A stretch of 64,000 bases of DNA from Geopsychrobacteraceae bacterium (GTDB lineage: Bacteria > Desulfobacterota > Desulfuromonadia > Desulfuromonadales > Geopsychrobacteraceae): NCBI GenBank assembly GCA_963662315.1, contig OY759353.1:3360001-3424000 (forward strand), read 5' to 3'. The notes beneath the pieces are model-generated. The model had not been told where the DNA came from, did no database searches, and saw only the letters and a list, made by a program, of their open reading frames with translations. Positions 10,427 to 20,393 of this stretch are shown here, in pieces. The translations under genes were made by a program, and so were the position numbers. Within the stretch, counting starts at the first letter, position 1; each line of letters opens with the position of its first letter.

Positions 10427-10615
10427 CCTTTCATTCTCGAATGTGAATACACAAAAACAATCCGCAAGGTTTTTCTCTTTCGCACCTCCTTTATGCTTTT
10501 ATGAATTACGAAAAATCGAACCTCCGGTGCTTTCCGAATACTGTTTGTTTTTACATAACCTGGCAGGCTGCAGTATCGAAGAACTCCGGGCCTCGGTTTT
10601 GACTATCCCAATAAA

Positions 10616-10632
10616 TGCGACTTATGTGCCAA
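10616..10632 (-). promoter_or_regulatory. sigma54 -24/-12 promoter
   Basis: Minus strand TTGGCACATAAGTCGCA, upstream of the Mo-enzyme gene. Confidence 0.8.
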
Positions 10633-11061
10633 TTTTTTAAATACCGGAACGTGTACTTATATACACGAAATCATTGAAGATTCTCAGATGGGAGAAATTT
10701 CTCAAAAAATCTCTTTTTGGGATGATCTTTTTTGCTGAATTTATCATTATGAACTGTAACGTGCCGATATTGCTTGGTTCTTATTTTAAAACGAGTTGTC
10801 ATTTTAGGACTCGTCCCGGTCCTCACAAATGGCATTCATATTTTATTATTCAAAAGCATTTCTAATGGTGTCATGAGGTTGCAAAAAATCATGATTCAAG
10901 CAAAAATAATGTCGTCTTAATGATCCTTTAAAGGGCCGGTAAAAATTGAATAGAAGAGAGTGTTGGATGGTCAAGAACATTCAATATAACCAGCGTTCTT
11001 GGCGTAGGGGGTATCAATAGTGTTGACGTTTGTCGGTTCTTAAATCGGAATCTTTTTACAG

Positions 11062-11092
11062 CCAGGCCCGCCAAGTGGTTTGGCAGGCCTGG
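11062..11092 (-). terminator. Hairpin after the radical SAM gene
   Basis: ccaggcccgcca/tggcaggcctgg stem. Confidence 0.5.
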
Positions 11093-11114
11093 GATTAGAG
11101 CAATCAAGAAGATA

Positions 11115-12428
11115 TTAGAAAGTCAGATGTTTTTGTCCATGACAGTTTGTCAACTGATAGGAGCAGAACGGAACCAGGCGGCCCTCGGGACCAGCAACAG
11201 TCATGCTGCACTGCTGCAGGCGTTGCAGATCCATACTGTCGGCATCCATATAATTCATAATTAAAATTGAAACACCTGGTTCAATATCCGGGTACATACG
11301 AGCGGCGATATCGGGCATGACGGATCCCTGTGGACTTGTAGGGTCAAAATGCTCAAGATATTCAGCAACGGTAATCTTGCGACTGACCGGGCTGAACCCT
11401 TCTGGTGTCCTGACAACGTAGGTGGTTGAATCACACAGGGGGTGAGAACAGCCTGTCGGCCAGAAATCATAGGGCTGGACGATTCCATCACTTTGCTCGG
11501 AGAGTTTGAAGATGACATCACCCATCGTTAACGGCAGATTGTCATTGACATCAAAACGACCGGAACCAAAAGCGGGCTGATAGGCGACCCCGGCGATTAC
11601 ATCGCGATTTTCAAGGGCAAAGCGCAAAACGTCTCCCATCTGGTCTTCGTTCGTCCCACTGATAACGGCCATTGCCAGAACCACTTGAATCCCTGCGGCA
11701 CGACAATTTTCGATGGCCTGCCGCTTCAGCTTAACCAGATTTGCACCACGAACTTTTCTGAACACGTCATCTGTTAAGCCATCAAACTGCATATAAATAC
11801 CAGTAATGCCGGCATCGATCAGTTCTTGAAGAAAGGCCGGATTCTGACTGATAACTACACCGTTGGTATTGACCTCTATAGCGCTAAATCCAACCTCACG
11901 ACACATACGTACGATTTGCGGTAGATCGTCCCTGACGGTAGGTTCACCACCGGTGAGCTGAATGCTGGTGTTCGCTCCACTCTGTTCCAGAATACTCTCT
12001 AGCTGCGCCTTGATAATCTCCAACGATAAATCAGTGTCGATAGCACTCTGATTGCCGTCAGCGGCCATAAAACACACCGGGCAGCGCAGGTTGCAGCGTT
12101 GGGTCAGTTCTATTTCGACCAGACGAGGATGGTGACGATGGTGACTGCACAGGCCACAGGCGTCTGGACAAGACAGTGTAGATGTCTTTGATTTTTCGGG
12201 AGCCACATGAGGAAATTTAAATTTTTTCAACCAAAGATAATGCTCTTCATCAGGCCAGAGATATGTTGAATAGCACCCATGGTCAGAACACTCTTTATCC
12301 ATAAAGACAGCATTGTCCCGCACCACAATCTGCGCCGGAAGAACCTTGAGGCATTCAGGGCAGACGCTTTGAGTTGTTTCGAGAAGCTTTACCGCTGTTG
12401 ACGTTTGATTAACGACTGCTGTTGACAT
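11115..12428 (-). CDS. Radical SAM protein of the MJ0619/tetraether synthase (Tes, COG1964-like) family
   Basis: SVCPEC...KECSDHG; CPDACGLCSHH; CNLRCPVC; QLTGGEPTVR; YMQFDG; CSHPLC; MDLQRLQQC...GRLVPFC. Confidence 0.8.
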   Translation of the reverse strand: MSTAVVNQTSTAVKLLETTQSVCPECLKVLPAQIVVRDNAVFMDKECSDHGCYSTYLWPDEEHYLWLKKFKFPHVAPEKSKTSTLSCPDACGLCSHHRHHPRLVEIELTQRCNLRCPVCFMAADGNQSAIDTDLSLEIIKAQLESILEQSGANTSIQLTGGEPTVRDDLPQIVRMCREVGFSAIEVNTNGVVISQNPAFLQELIDAGITGIYMQFDGLTDDVFRKVRGANLVKLKRQAIENCRAAGIQVVLAMAVISGTNEDQMGDVLRFALENRDVIAGVAYQPAFGSGRFDVNDNLPLTMGDVIFKLSEQSDGIVQPYDFWPTGCSHPLCDSTTYVVRTPEGFSPVSRKITVAEYLEHFDPTSPQGSVMPDIAARMYPDIEPGVSILIMNYMDADSMDLQRLQQCSMTVAGPEGRLVPFCSYQLTNCHGQKHLTF

Positions 12429-12623
12429 AACGACAACTTCCTTGAAGAAAAAAGCAGATCACTGCTTACATTTTAATTAGATAGCAGGAACCAGCAATTA
12501 TTCACACAGTCGGGAAGGGCAAGCATTTGAGCTGAGACGTACTGCATATACGCCTCATAACCAAAGATGTAGCCCAATCCTGATCTGCGGCAATAGGGCG
12601 TGTTCCGGGCAAAACGAAAAGGG

Positions 12624-12660
12624 GCGTTGCCGGACAAGGGGGAAGATGGTCCGGCAACGC
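12624..12660 (-). terminator. Terminator-like hairpin between nrfD-like and radical SAM genes
   Basis: 12-bp stem gcgttgccggac/gtccggcaacgc followed by TTTTCGTTTT on the minus strand. Confidence 0.6.
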
Positions 12661-12682
12661 TATTGGCATTACAGTGAAACGA

Positions 12683-13612
12683 CTACAACCAGGCTTTCTT
12701 AATGAACTCTTCGTGTCCTTTGGGTAAGCGACTGCGATATTTCAATTCGCCCGGCATAAAGGTACGATCACTGCCGCTCTGCACAGTCAGCATACGCATG
12801 GTGACGCCGCCGAACAGCACAAACAGGCAGCCGATTGCTGCCGTTGCCGCAAAGGGAATGACAGCCAGAACCAGTGGCACGATGGTTCCAAGAACCATAA
12901 AAGAGATTCTGAAACCTGAAGTCATGTCCCCATTGATCCAGCGCTGGGCCGCAGCACTTTCTACAGCAGTGGTGCCCGTCTGTTTAATCCACAGGTAACC
13001 AACCCACAGTACCACCTGAGCAAACAGCATAGCAGCCATTATACCTGGCAGAGCTTGCCAAACCTGCTCAGATGCAGGGGCGGAAACAATCAGGCCACAG
13101 ATATAATGAGCAGCAACTGCCGTAACCAATGAGGACAGCAGGAACAATGCCATGATTCCAGGACCGGTCCAGAAGGGACGCCCCTTGTGACGACCGAGCA
13201 AAACGCCTGGATAGGTTGCTACAACCAGACCGGTTACCACATTGATTATGGCCAGAAGACCTCTTAAAAAGCCCCAATCGCGCCAGAAGAACAGGCTCCA
13301 GTCAATCCCGAAAGAGGCATAAACAAAACCGGAAATAATGGCAAATGTCATCATCCAGGCCCCAAAGGTCAAAATTGCTTTGGGATTCATGAAAACACGC
13401 CAGGCTTGTAGCGGGCGACCCAGTTCAAGAATCAGAAAACCGCAGCCGACGCACATACATAGTGGGCCGACAATATTACCCAGCAGGGATGTCATTCCTG
13501 GTCCGACAAACAGATCTGTCAATCCGGCAATGACCAGCATAGCGCCACCCATTCCCGCAAAGAAGAAGTCGACGGCCAGCATCCAGCCCCAAGTTTGATG
13601 TTTCTCGCTCAT
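12683..13612 (-). CDS. NrfD/PsrC-family membrane anchor
   Basis: WGW..AVDFFFAGMGG, ELGRP, YPGVLL, RPFW; ~8 TM segments. Confidence 0.9.
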   Translation of the reverse strand: MSEKHQTWGWMLAVDFFFAGMGGAMLVIAGLTDLFVGPGMTSLLGNIVGPLCMCVGCGFLILELGRPLQAWRVFMNPKAILTFGAWMMTFAIISGFVYASFGIDWSLFFWRDWGFLRGLLAIINVVTGLVVATYPGVLLGRHKGRPFWTGPGIMALFLLSSLVTAVAAHYICGLIVSAPASEQVWQALPGIMAAMLFAQVVLWVGYLWIKQTGTTAVESAAAQRWINGDMTSGFRISFMVLGTIVPLVLAVIPFAATAAIGCLFVLFGGVTMRMLTVQSGSDRTFMPGELKYRSRLPKGHEEFIKKAWL

Positions 13613-13628
13613 CGTAAATCTCCCCTAG

Positions 13629-14171
13629 TTAAATAATGTAATAAACAGCGGGTTGCGTATTCAGTTCAGGCAGCATCTGAATATACTGATTTTCTTTGAT
13701 CAGCTTGTACACTTCGCTGTTTTCATCTTCAATATCACCAAAAATCCGGGCCTTTTGATGACAGGTTGCCACACAATGAGGAACCATACCCTGATCTACG
13801 CGGTCCATACAGAAGTTACATTTGTTGACCGCGCCAGTTTCATGATTCATGTAGCGGGCGCCATACGGACAGGCCATGACACAGGACAGGCAGCCGACAC
13901 ATTTCTTGTCCTCAACATGAACGATCCCGTCCTCACGCTGTACAGACGCGCCGGTCGGACAGGCGTCAACACACGGTGAATTATCACAGTGCATACAGAT
14001 CAGCGGCAGAAAGCGGGAATGCAGATTCGGATAAACTCCGTGTGGTCCATCCTGAACGACTGGGTTATAGACCATATCGGTCGGCAGTTCATTATGAACC
14101 TTGCAGGCGACAGAACAGGAGTGACAACCGATACAGCGCCGGGTATCCATGACAATTACGTAACGAGCCAT
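13629..14171 (-). CDS. DmsB/NrfC-type 4x[4Fe-4S] electron-transfer subunit
   Basis: CIGCHSCSVAC, CMHCDNSPCVDACP, CVGCLSCVMACP, KCNFC...PHCVATC. Confidence 0.92.
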   Translation of the reverse strand: MARYVIVMDTRRCIGCHSCSVACKVHNELPTDMVYNPVVQDGPHGVYPNLHSRFLPLICMHCDNSPCVDACPTGASVQREDGIVHVEDKKCVGCLSCVMACPYGARYMNHETGAVNKCNFCMDRVDQGMVPHCVATCHQKARIFGDIEDENSEVYKLIKENQYIQMLPELNTQPAVYYII

Positions 14172-14172
14172 C

Positions 14173-16416
14173 TTAATTTACCTCCTTACTGTCAACCTTG
14201 TAGACACGACACAACAGACCACGGTTTGCCCAGGAACCACTGTACGGGTCACAGTGCTCATCGGCGGTGCTGGTCAGCATATTTCCGTTTGATTCCAGCG
14301 CGCCACCAAGTTCACCACCTAGAGGGATATCGCGCATATCTTTTTCCGGGAACCACCAGCAGCGCTGGGTAAAAATGACTTTGGGATGAATAGCTTCAGT
14401 CAGGTTCGCGCGTTGCTTCATGCGGCCACGTGCGGTTTCAACCCAACACCAGTCACCATCTTCGATACCCATTTCCTGAGCCGTCCGGGTGTTGATATCG
14501 AGGAATGGTGAATGTTTGATAAAACGCATATCCTTGATCTGATAATGCTCTGAGTGGTGGAACGGCATAAAACCACCACCGGTGGTGAGAACCAATGGGT
14601 ATTTCTCAGCCAGTTCAGGGTGGTCAATCTCATTCTCGGTTGGGCCGACATACTCAGGCAATGGTGGATAGCCCAGTTCCTTGAGGGTCGTTGAATAGAG
14701 TTCTACTTTACCGGACGGAGTGGCAAAACCCTGGCGCTTATACTTGTAGTATTCACGTTCCGGGAAGTGGAAGCGGATATTCTCGACAAACTCGTCCCAA
14801 CTTGATACCGGATGGCCAATCGGCTCAATGGCACTGTAATAAGCTTCTTCAACTGTTTTCCACGGCCAGTTTTCTTCCTGCCCAAGGGCGACACCGAGAT
14901 CGCGCCAGAAGTTAAAGTCGTTACGCCGCTCGTACATGGGTTGAATGGCACGCTGAGAAGCCAGCATGAAGTCGGCACAACCATAACTGTTGGTAATGAT
15001 CGGGCGCTCAAGAGCCCCGGCAATTGGCATGACGTAATCAGCAAACATTGCTGAAGGCGTCACCCAGTAATCACAGGCCACCATGAATTCAACCTTGCGC
15101 AGAGCCTCCAAAACCACCGGAGTCTCACCATAGGATGCCAATGGGTTGGTTGCGGAGATCAGCAGCGCTTTGACTGGGTAGGGGTCGCCTGTGGCAATGG
15201 CACGGAAGACTGATGGTGGGTGAGCTTCACACATCCATTCAGCGGTCGGTACTTTACCCCAGGTTTTCCTGGTCAATTCGCTGATCTTGCTGTAGCCAGG
15301 CCAGGTGACCAATTTGAATTTATCCGAACCAATCTGCTTGGCCCGCTGCTCTTCAGGCAGGAATTTGTTGCCTTCCATCTCCTCATCGGTCAGATAATCC
15401 TGTGAGGGACCGGTCAACAGGTCAGCGCCAGGGCAATCAAGGTTGCCAGTCAACGCACGTAGAAGTGCACGAGCATGCATTGTTGCCCCAGCAGGGCGAC
15501 CAATCTGGTCGACTGACGTACCCCACTGAATATTGCCCGGCTTATTCATGGCATACATGTGAGCGCCTTCGCGGATCTGCTCAGGGGTTAGCCAGGTGAG
15601 TTCAGCAGCCCATTCAGGAGAGAAATCAACAACGTGCTCAGCCAGCTCCTGGAAGCCTTCACAGTACTCAAGGACGAATTCCTGATCCATCAGGCCTTCG
15701 TAGATAATGACATGGATCCAGGCCAGTGCTAGAGCCAAGTCAGAACCGGGACGCAATGGCAGCCACAAATCAGCCTTTTCAGCGGTCTCGGTAAAGCGTG
15801 GATCGATAACAATAACCTTCATCCCCTTGGCTTGAAGGTCGTGGATATGATGTGCTTCCGGCATACCTGAGGCACCGGGATTCTGCCCCCACAGGACGAT
15901 ACAACGGCTTTGCGCGATATCCAGGTCAAAGGGGCACCAACCGTAGATGGCGGTTTCAACCATGAAGGTCGGAATCCAGCACAAGTGCGCATTATGGAAA
16001 CCATTTGGACTGCCGAACAGGTTCATAAAACGCCGGCGGGACCAGTCATCGGTACGCTGCGTTCCACCTGCGGTGGCAACAGCTTCGGCACCAAATTGTT
16101 CACGAATCGAAGACAGCTTGGCGGCAATTTCAGAAATAGCCTGATCCCATGGGATCTGCTCCCATTTCCCCTCACCGCGCTTGCCGACACGCTTGAGTGG
16201 ATAATTGACGCGATCAGGGTGATTGAGGTGTTTCAGTGCGATGTTTCCGCGGCAGCATAGCCCACCCTGATTGGTCGGGAATTCGGGATCGCCTTCAATC
16301 TTCAGAACTTCGTTGTCTTTGACGTAGGCTAAAACGCCGCAATTCTGGTGACAGAAATAGCAGGCCGATTTTTTAACCTCTACACCCTCTTGATTCAAAT
16401 CCACTTGTGTACTCAT
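14173..16416 (-). CDS. Acetylene-hydratase-like Mo/W-bisPGD catalytic subunit, no Tat signal
   Basis: CYFCHQNC...C Fe-S motif; RRFMNLFGSPN...HLCWIPT; GFATPSGKVELYS; HPELAEKYPLVL; start at MSTQ (GAGAGGA RBS). Confidence 0.85.
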   Translation of the reverse strand: MSTQVDLNQEGVEVKKSACYFCHQNCGVLAYVKDNEVLKIEGDPEFPTNQGGLCCRGNIALKHLNHPDRVNYPLKRVGKRGEGKWEQIPWDQAISEIAAKLSSIREQFGAEAVATAGGTQRTDDWSRRRFMNLFGSPNGFHNAHLCWIPTFMVETAIYGWCPFDLDIAQSRCIVLWGQNPGASGMPEAHHIHDLQAKGMKVIVIDPRFTETAEKADLWLPLRPGSDLALALAWIHVIIYEGLMDQEFVLEYCEGFQELAEHVVDFSPEWAAELTWLTPEQIREGAHMYAMNKPGNIQWGTSVDQIGRPAGATMHARALLRALTGNLDCPGADLLTGPSQDYLTDEEMEGNKFLPEEQRAKQIGSDKFKLVTWPGYSKISELTRKTWGKVPTAEWMCEAHPPSVFRAIATGDPYPVKALLISATNPLASYGETPVVLEALRKVEFMVACDYWVTPSAMFADYVMPIAGALERPIITNSYGCADFMLASQRAIQPMYERRNDFNFWRDLGVALGQEENWPWKTVEEAYYSAIEPIGHPVSSWDEFVENIRFHFPEREYYKYKRQGFATPSGKVELYSTTLKELGYPPLPEYVGPTENEIDHPELAEKYPLVLTTGGGFMPFHHSEHYQIKDMRFIKHSPFLDINTRTAQEMGIEDGDWCWVETARGRMKQRANLTEAIHPKVIFTQRCWWFPEKDMRDIPLGGELGGALESNGNMLTSTADEHCDPYSGSWANRGLLCRVYKVDSKEVN

Positions 16417-16584
16417 AGTTCCTCTCTTCAGGTCATCCAGGTTCTTATTGAAAAGATCTTTCCATGCTGACCATTGTGAACCTGACAGCATAAAAATTTC
16501 CTGCCCAGCACATTCGGGTTCTTTCTCATCACAGCATCAACACTTACTTTCGGTGGCGCTCAGAACAGTGCCGGCCTGCTAATG

Positions 16585-16601
16585 TGCAACTTGCAGGCCA
16601 A
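16585..16601 (-). promoter_or_regulatory. sigma54 -24/-12 promoter
   Basis: Minus strand TTGGCCTGCAAGTTGCA. Confidence 0.75.
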
Positions 16602-16793
16602 AGCTTTTTGCTCGGCCAGCTCCAGGTATGGTAAAAACTTTGGGAAGTATCAGAGGGGCAAGGGAAAACCGGCAATAAAACATGATTAGTTGAACCATTT
16701 TCAAGGTCTGAAAGGTTTGTTTCTGGGCCTTGCAGTCAGGAGGGGGGAATCTTTTTTTGCGATCAGAGTTTCATTTTGAGATCCTGTCACCAT

Positions 16794-16833
16794 AAAAAAC
16801 CGGCTCGCGGTAAATGCTTATCGCGAGCCGGTT
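16794..16833 (-). terminator. Intrinsic terminator after the activator gene
   Basis: aaccggctcgcg/cgcgagccggtt followed by a T-run. Confidence 0.75.
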
Positions 16834-16870
16834 ACGAGCCTATTTCAAGCAGATTGCGGGGGGGGGCAGG

Positions 16871-19027
16871 TCAAACTACTTCAATCTTGTATTCTTTCAA
16901 CTTTCGATACAGCGTCGAGCGGCTGAGGCCAACCATCTCCGCAGCGGTGGGAATGCAATTGTTGGCACGCAGTAAAGCGGCTTCAATAGCAGCTTTTTCA
17001 ATATTTTTGAGGCACAGGTTTTCACTGCCAAAACCGCTGAAGCTGGAAATGTCATCCGCCTTGACCGGACTGGAGTCCATCAGGATATAGCGCGGAAGGT
17101 TATGCGGCTCAATAACCGGTCCGGTAACCGTATTGATGGCATGATGCATGGCATTCTGCAGCTGACGCACGTTGCCGGGCCATTTATATTCATTGAGGAT
17201 GCGCTCCACCTCAGAGCTGATTTGCGGAACCTCCCATCCCTGTTTCTGGCAGTACGCATCAACAAACGACTTGCCAAGCAAGGAGACATCCCTGTGCCGT
17301 TCACGCAAGGCTGGAATATAAACGGTCAGCACCGAAATCCGGTAATAGAGGTCCTCGCGGAAGGTCCCTTCTTCGACCATTTTCATGAGGTCTTTATTGG
17401 TCGCGGCCACCAGCCGAAAATCAACCTCTTTATAACGATTGCCCCCAATCCGCATGACCTTTTTGTCCTGTAAGGTTCTCAGTAGTATGGCCTGATGTTC
17501 AAGAGGCATATCGCCGATCTCATCCAGAAACAAGGTTCCGCCGTGAGACAATTCAATTTTTCCCGCTTTACCGCAACGCTCAGCCCCGGTAAAGCTGCCC
17601 CCTTCATAGCCAAACAGTTCGCTGCCGACCAGTTCCCGAGGTAATGCCGCGCAGTTAACAGCCATGAACGGGCCATCCGGGCGGTAGATATTGTGAATGG
17701 AATGGGCAAAAAGTTCTTTGCCGGTGCCACTTTCCCCTATCAGCAGAATATTTTCCGGAGACGTAGCAAAACGTTTCGCTTGCGCTATGGATGTCTTGAT
17801 CTCAGGGCTTTCCCCTTGAATATCATTAAAGGTATAGGTTGCCGAACGACCTGAACGGCCATTTATTTGAGAAGCCAGCTTCTCACAGTTGATAAACTTG
17901 AGAATAACGACATCCAGCTCCTTGGTATACTGATTCATAACCGGCCGGGCAGAGATCCGATAGGCTTTGGCCTTGTTATTGCCAACCTTGACGCACTCCT
18001 CAAGGGTAAAACTCTCCCCTTTTTGCGCGCGGCGCATAATCATTGACTCGGCGCCAAGGAATTCACGTATGTTACGATTACCAGCCTCCTCGGGACGAAC
18101 CTTGAAAATACGGATAGCCTCATTGTTGATCTGCAAAATTTTGCCCCGTTTATCAACCGCAACCATCCCTTCATCGATAAAGGCAAACGAGGCCGTCAAT
18201 GTTTTATGAACACTGACCATTTTGTCTCTGGCATTTTGCAGCTCACTATTAAGACGATCAATGTCACGACAGGCGCAATCATAATCGTTACCGGCCTTGA
18301 TGCACTTAAGCTGAGTCTCAACGGAAACCGCTAAAGAGGAAATCAGGCCAAGCGTATGCATGTAAAGGTGGTTGATGTTGTCGTCATCAAGGGAATCAAT
18401 CAGCGGTGGGCTCAAAATAACCAGCGCCGCACTGACCTCGCCGTTGGCATCGATAACCGGCGCAGCAGAAGCGATACGATTCTGCAGGGGAATGCAATAA
18501 TTCTCAGGACCCAGCAATTGTACAGGACGTTTCAGGCGAATACAGAGCTCATGCGCGGAGGTTCCCTGATTTTCTTCGTCAGCAAGAATACCAATGCGTG
18601 ATCCGGTTGCAGAAATTTCAGGATCTTCGGCCCATACCCCTTCATGGAGAAGAATGAGGCCGGAACGGTCAAAAAGATAAAACAGGTAGCCGCAATCGAC
18701 CATCTGCGGTTTGAATGGCTGAATAAGTTTTGCAGTAATTTCAATTAGTTGGCGATGTTTGTCTCGAATTTTTGAGAGCTTGTCCTCGCTGGGGATGGTG
18801 GAAACCTTGTAAGGATTCACACCTAACCGTCTGGAACGCATCCATGAAGCAGCAACCTCCTGATCCATACAGGGATTTTTGCTGGGGTCTTCCATCCGGT
18901 TATTGAAGAAGTCTTCTTTACAGCGAAGAATTGCCTGCCATCGTTCTTTGGTCAGTTTTTCCCTGCTTGCTCTGGCAAAAAGAACCTGTGCTCCCAGAAT
19001 ATCTGAGATCTGCTCTTTTAAATCCAT
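16871..19027 (-). CDS. sigma54-dependent activator (AcoR/DhaR-like; GAF-like, PAS, AAA+, Fis HTH)
   Basis: SWMRS, GESGTGKE, ELFGYEGGSFTGA, FLDEIGDM, WPGNVRQL, GLSRSTLYRKLK. Confidence 0.93.
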   Translation of the reverse strand: MDLKEQISDILGAQVLFARASREKLTKERWQAILRCKEDFFNNRMEDPSKNPCMDQEVAASWMRSRRLGVNPYKVSTIPSEDKLSKIRDKHRQLIEITAKLIQPFKPQMVDCGYLFYLFDRSGLILLHEGVWAEDPEISATGSRIGILADEENQGTSAHELCIRLKRPVQLLGPENYCIPLQNRIASAAPVIDANGEVSAALVILSPPLIDSLDDDNINHLYMHTLGLISSLAVSVETQLKCIKAGNDYDCACRDIDRLNSELQNARDKMVSVHKTLTASFAFIDEGMVAVDKRGKILQINNEAIRIFKVRPEEAGNRNIREFLGAESMIMRRAQKGESFTLEECVKVGNNKAKAYRISARPVMNQYTKELDVVILKFINCEKLASQINGRSGRSATYTFNDIQGESPEIKTSIAQAKRFATSPENILLIGESGTGKELFAHSIHNIYRPDGPFMAVNCAALPRELVGSELFGYEGGSFTGAERCGKAGKIELSHGGTLFLDEIGDMPLEHQAILLRTLQDKKVMRIGGNRYKEVDFRLVAATNKDLMKMVEEGTFREDLYYRISVLTVYIPALRERHRDVSLLGKSFVDAYCQKQGWEVPQISSEVERILNEYKWPGNVRQLQNAMHHAINTVTGPVIEPHNLPRYILMDSSPVKADDISSFSGFGSENLCLKNIEKAAIEAALLRANNCIPTAAEMVGLSRSTLYRKLKEYKIEVV

Positions 19028-19744
19028 GCAGTCCTCCTTCTACTTATGAAGTACTTTGGATCTGTTTTTCGTTACACCCTACATATATAAATCATTGTCA
19101 TACGGCTGCAAACTTTAAGCCTGAAAAACAATCCCCTCTCACATAACCGATTCTTCAATTCAAAACACGATGGAAAAGTTGAAATAGTTAAAAAATAAAA
19201 CAATATTTCAGATGTGGCCATCGTATACAGAGGCACCATTATAACATAAGAAGCATTGTTTACCAGAAAAAGAAAGTAACGGGTAGGCTTTGCGAATTAA
19301 AATTTAAGAAAATCACAATAGAATAGACACTTAAAAGGAACCTACGTGTCCAAGGCTAGAATAAAGAAGGCATAATAGTCAACAAGATTTCAAACAAACA
19401 CGATTTAGTCCTAATCAGGAAAGCGAAGAAATGGCATCAGGAACAGGTCGTTTCAAAATGACACTGTCCTCGCTGGCCATTCTCAAAATAACACACATGG
19501 CATTTCTCATCCTCATGTGTCTGCTTGATTAGTGATGCCTAGCAGTCTGCAGACTGACAGCCTTTCAGCACGCAATCCTGCATTGTTGGCAACTGCTACA
19601 AATCATCAGGCTGTTACAAAAAGCTTCAACAAATCATTTCTTCTGCCGCTCTATTTCAGAGTACCTAAAATCAGTAGGTTACATAAAGGAAGGTTCTGGT
19701 AAGCTGGTAATGTGAGAGAAAAACAGGAGGCTGGTTCTGCTCCG

Positions 19745-19760
19745 TGGCACCGTTTTTGCT
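19745..19760 (+). promoter_or_regulatory. sigma54 -24/-12 promoter
   Basis: TGGCACCGTTTTTGCT, close to consensus, upstream of the 19923 operon. Confidence 0.85.
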
Positions 19761-19922
19761 CCTGATACGTCAGGACTCTGCTGAACCGGCAGTTCATTGT
19801 TAAGAAATAGACCGCAGATAAGCCCATGCTTATCATCTACGTGTTACGGGTTAATCAGTGAGGATAGCAAGCGGAAGTGGCAAATGTAACTTCTATTCCA
19901 CTTAAATGATCGGGAGTCAGTC

Positions 19923-20393
19923 ATGACCTATCAGGTCAGATTAGCTAATATAGATGATGTAAAACCACTGCAGATGATCCTTCAGTCCAGTGACATGGAT
20001 CTGGTCAGTGATATTGAGGACCATGTCGTTATCACCGATGAGCAGGGGGTCTGTGGTGGTGGTCTGATTTTTCAGATGGACGAAAATTATTTTCACCTGC
20101 TGACCATAGCTGTTTGTCAGGAAGAACGCAGCCGGGGAATAGGCAGTGTGCTGCTACAGCAGATCCTGAAGCAGCCATGGACATGCTGTAAAGATGCGAT
20201 TTTTAATCCCGGAGAACCGTATCGGGTCACAACCGTTGCGCGCGGTAAGAGTCGCCCGTTTTATGAAAAGAACGGGTTGACCCTGTGTGAATTCGGCGAC
20301 CTGGTAGCGCCATTTATTGACCAGTGCGATACCTGTCCCGATGTCGCTGACTGCAATGGAGTCGCCATGACATTTTCAGGGCGGATCTCATGA
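19923..20393 (+). CDS. GNAT family acetyltransferase with Cys-rich C-terminus
   Basis: IAV..EERSRGIGSVLL motif A, FYEKNG, CDTC...C. Confidence 0.75.
   Translation: MTYQVRLANIDDVKPLQMILQSSDMDLVSDIEDHVVITDEQGVCGGGLIFQMDENYFHLLTIAVCQEERSRGIGSVLLQQILKQPWTCCKDAIFNPGEPYRVTTVARGKSRPFYEKNGLTLCEFGDLVAPFIDQCDTCPDVADCNGVAMTFSGRIS

Noticed and set aside
14173..16416. True acetylene hydratase
   Set aside because: The Asp13 position is His, and redox partner subunits are encoded with it
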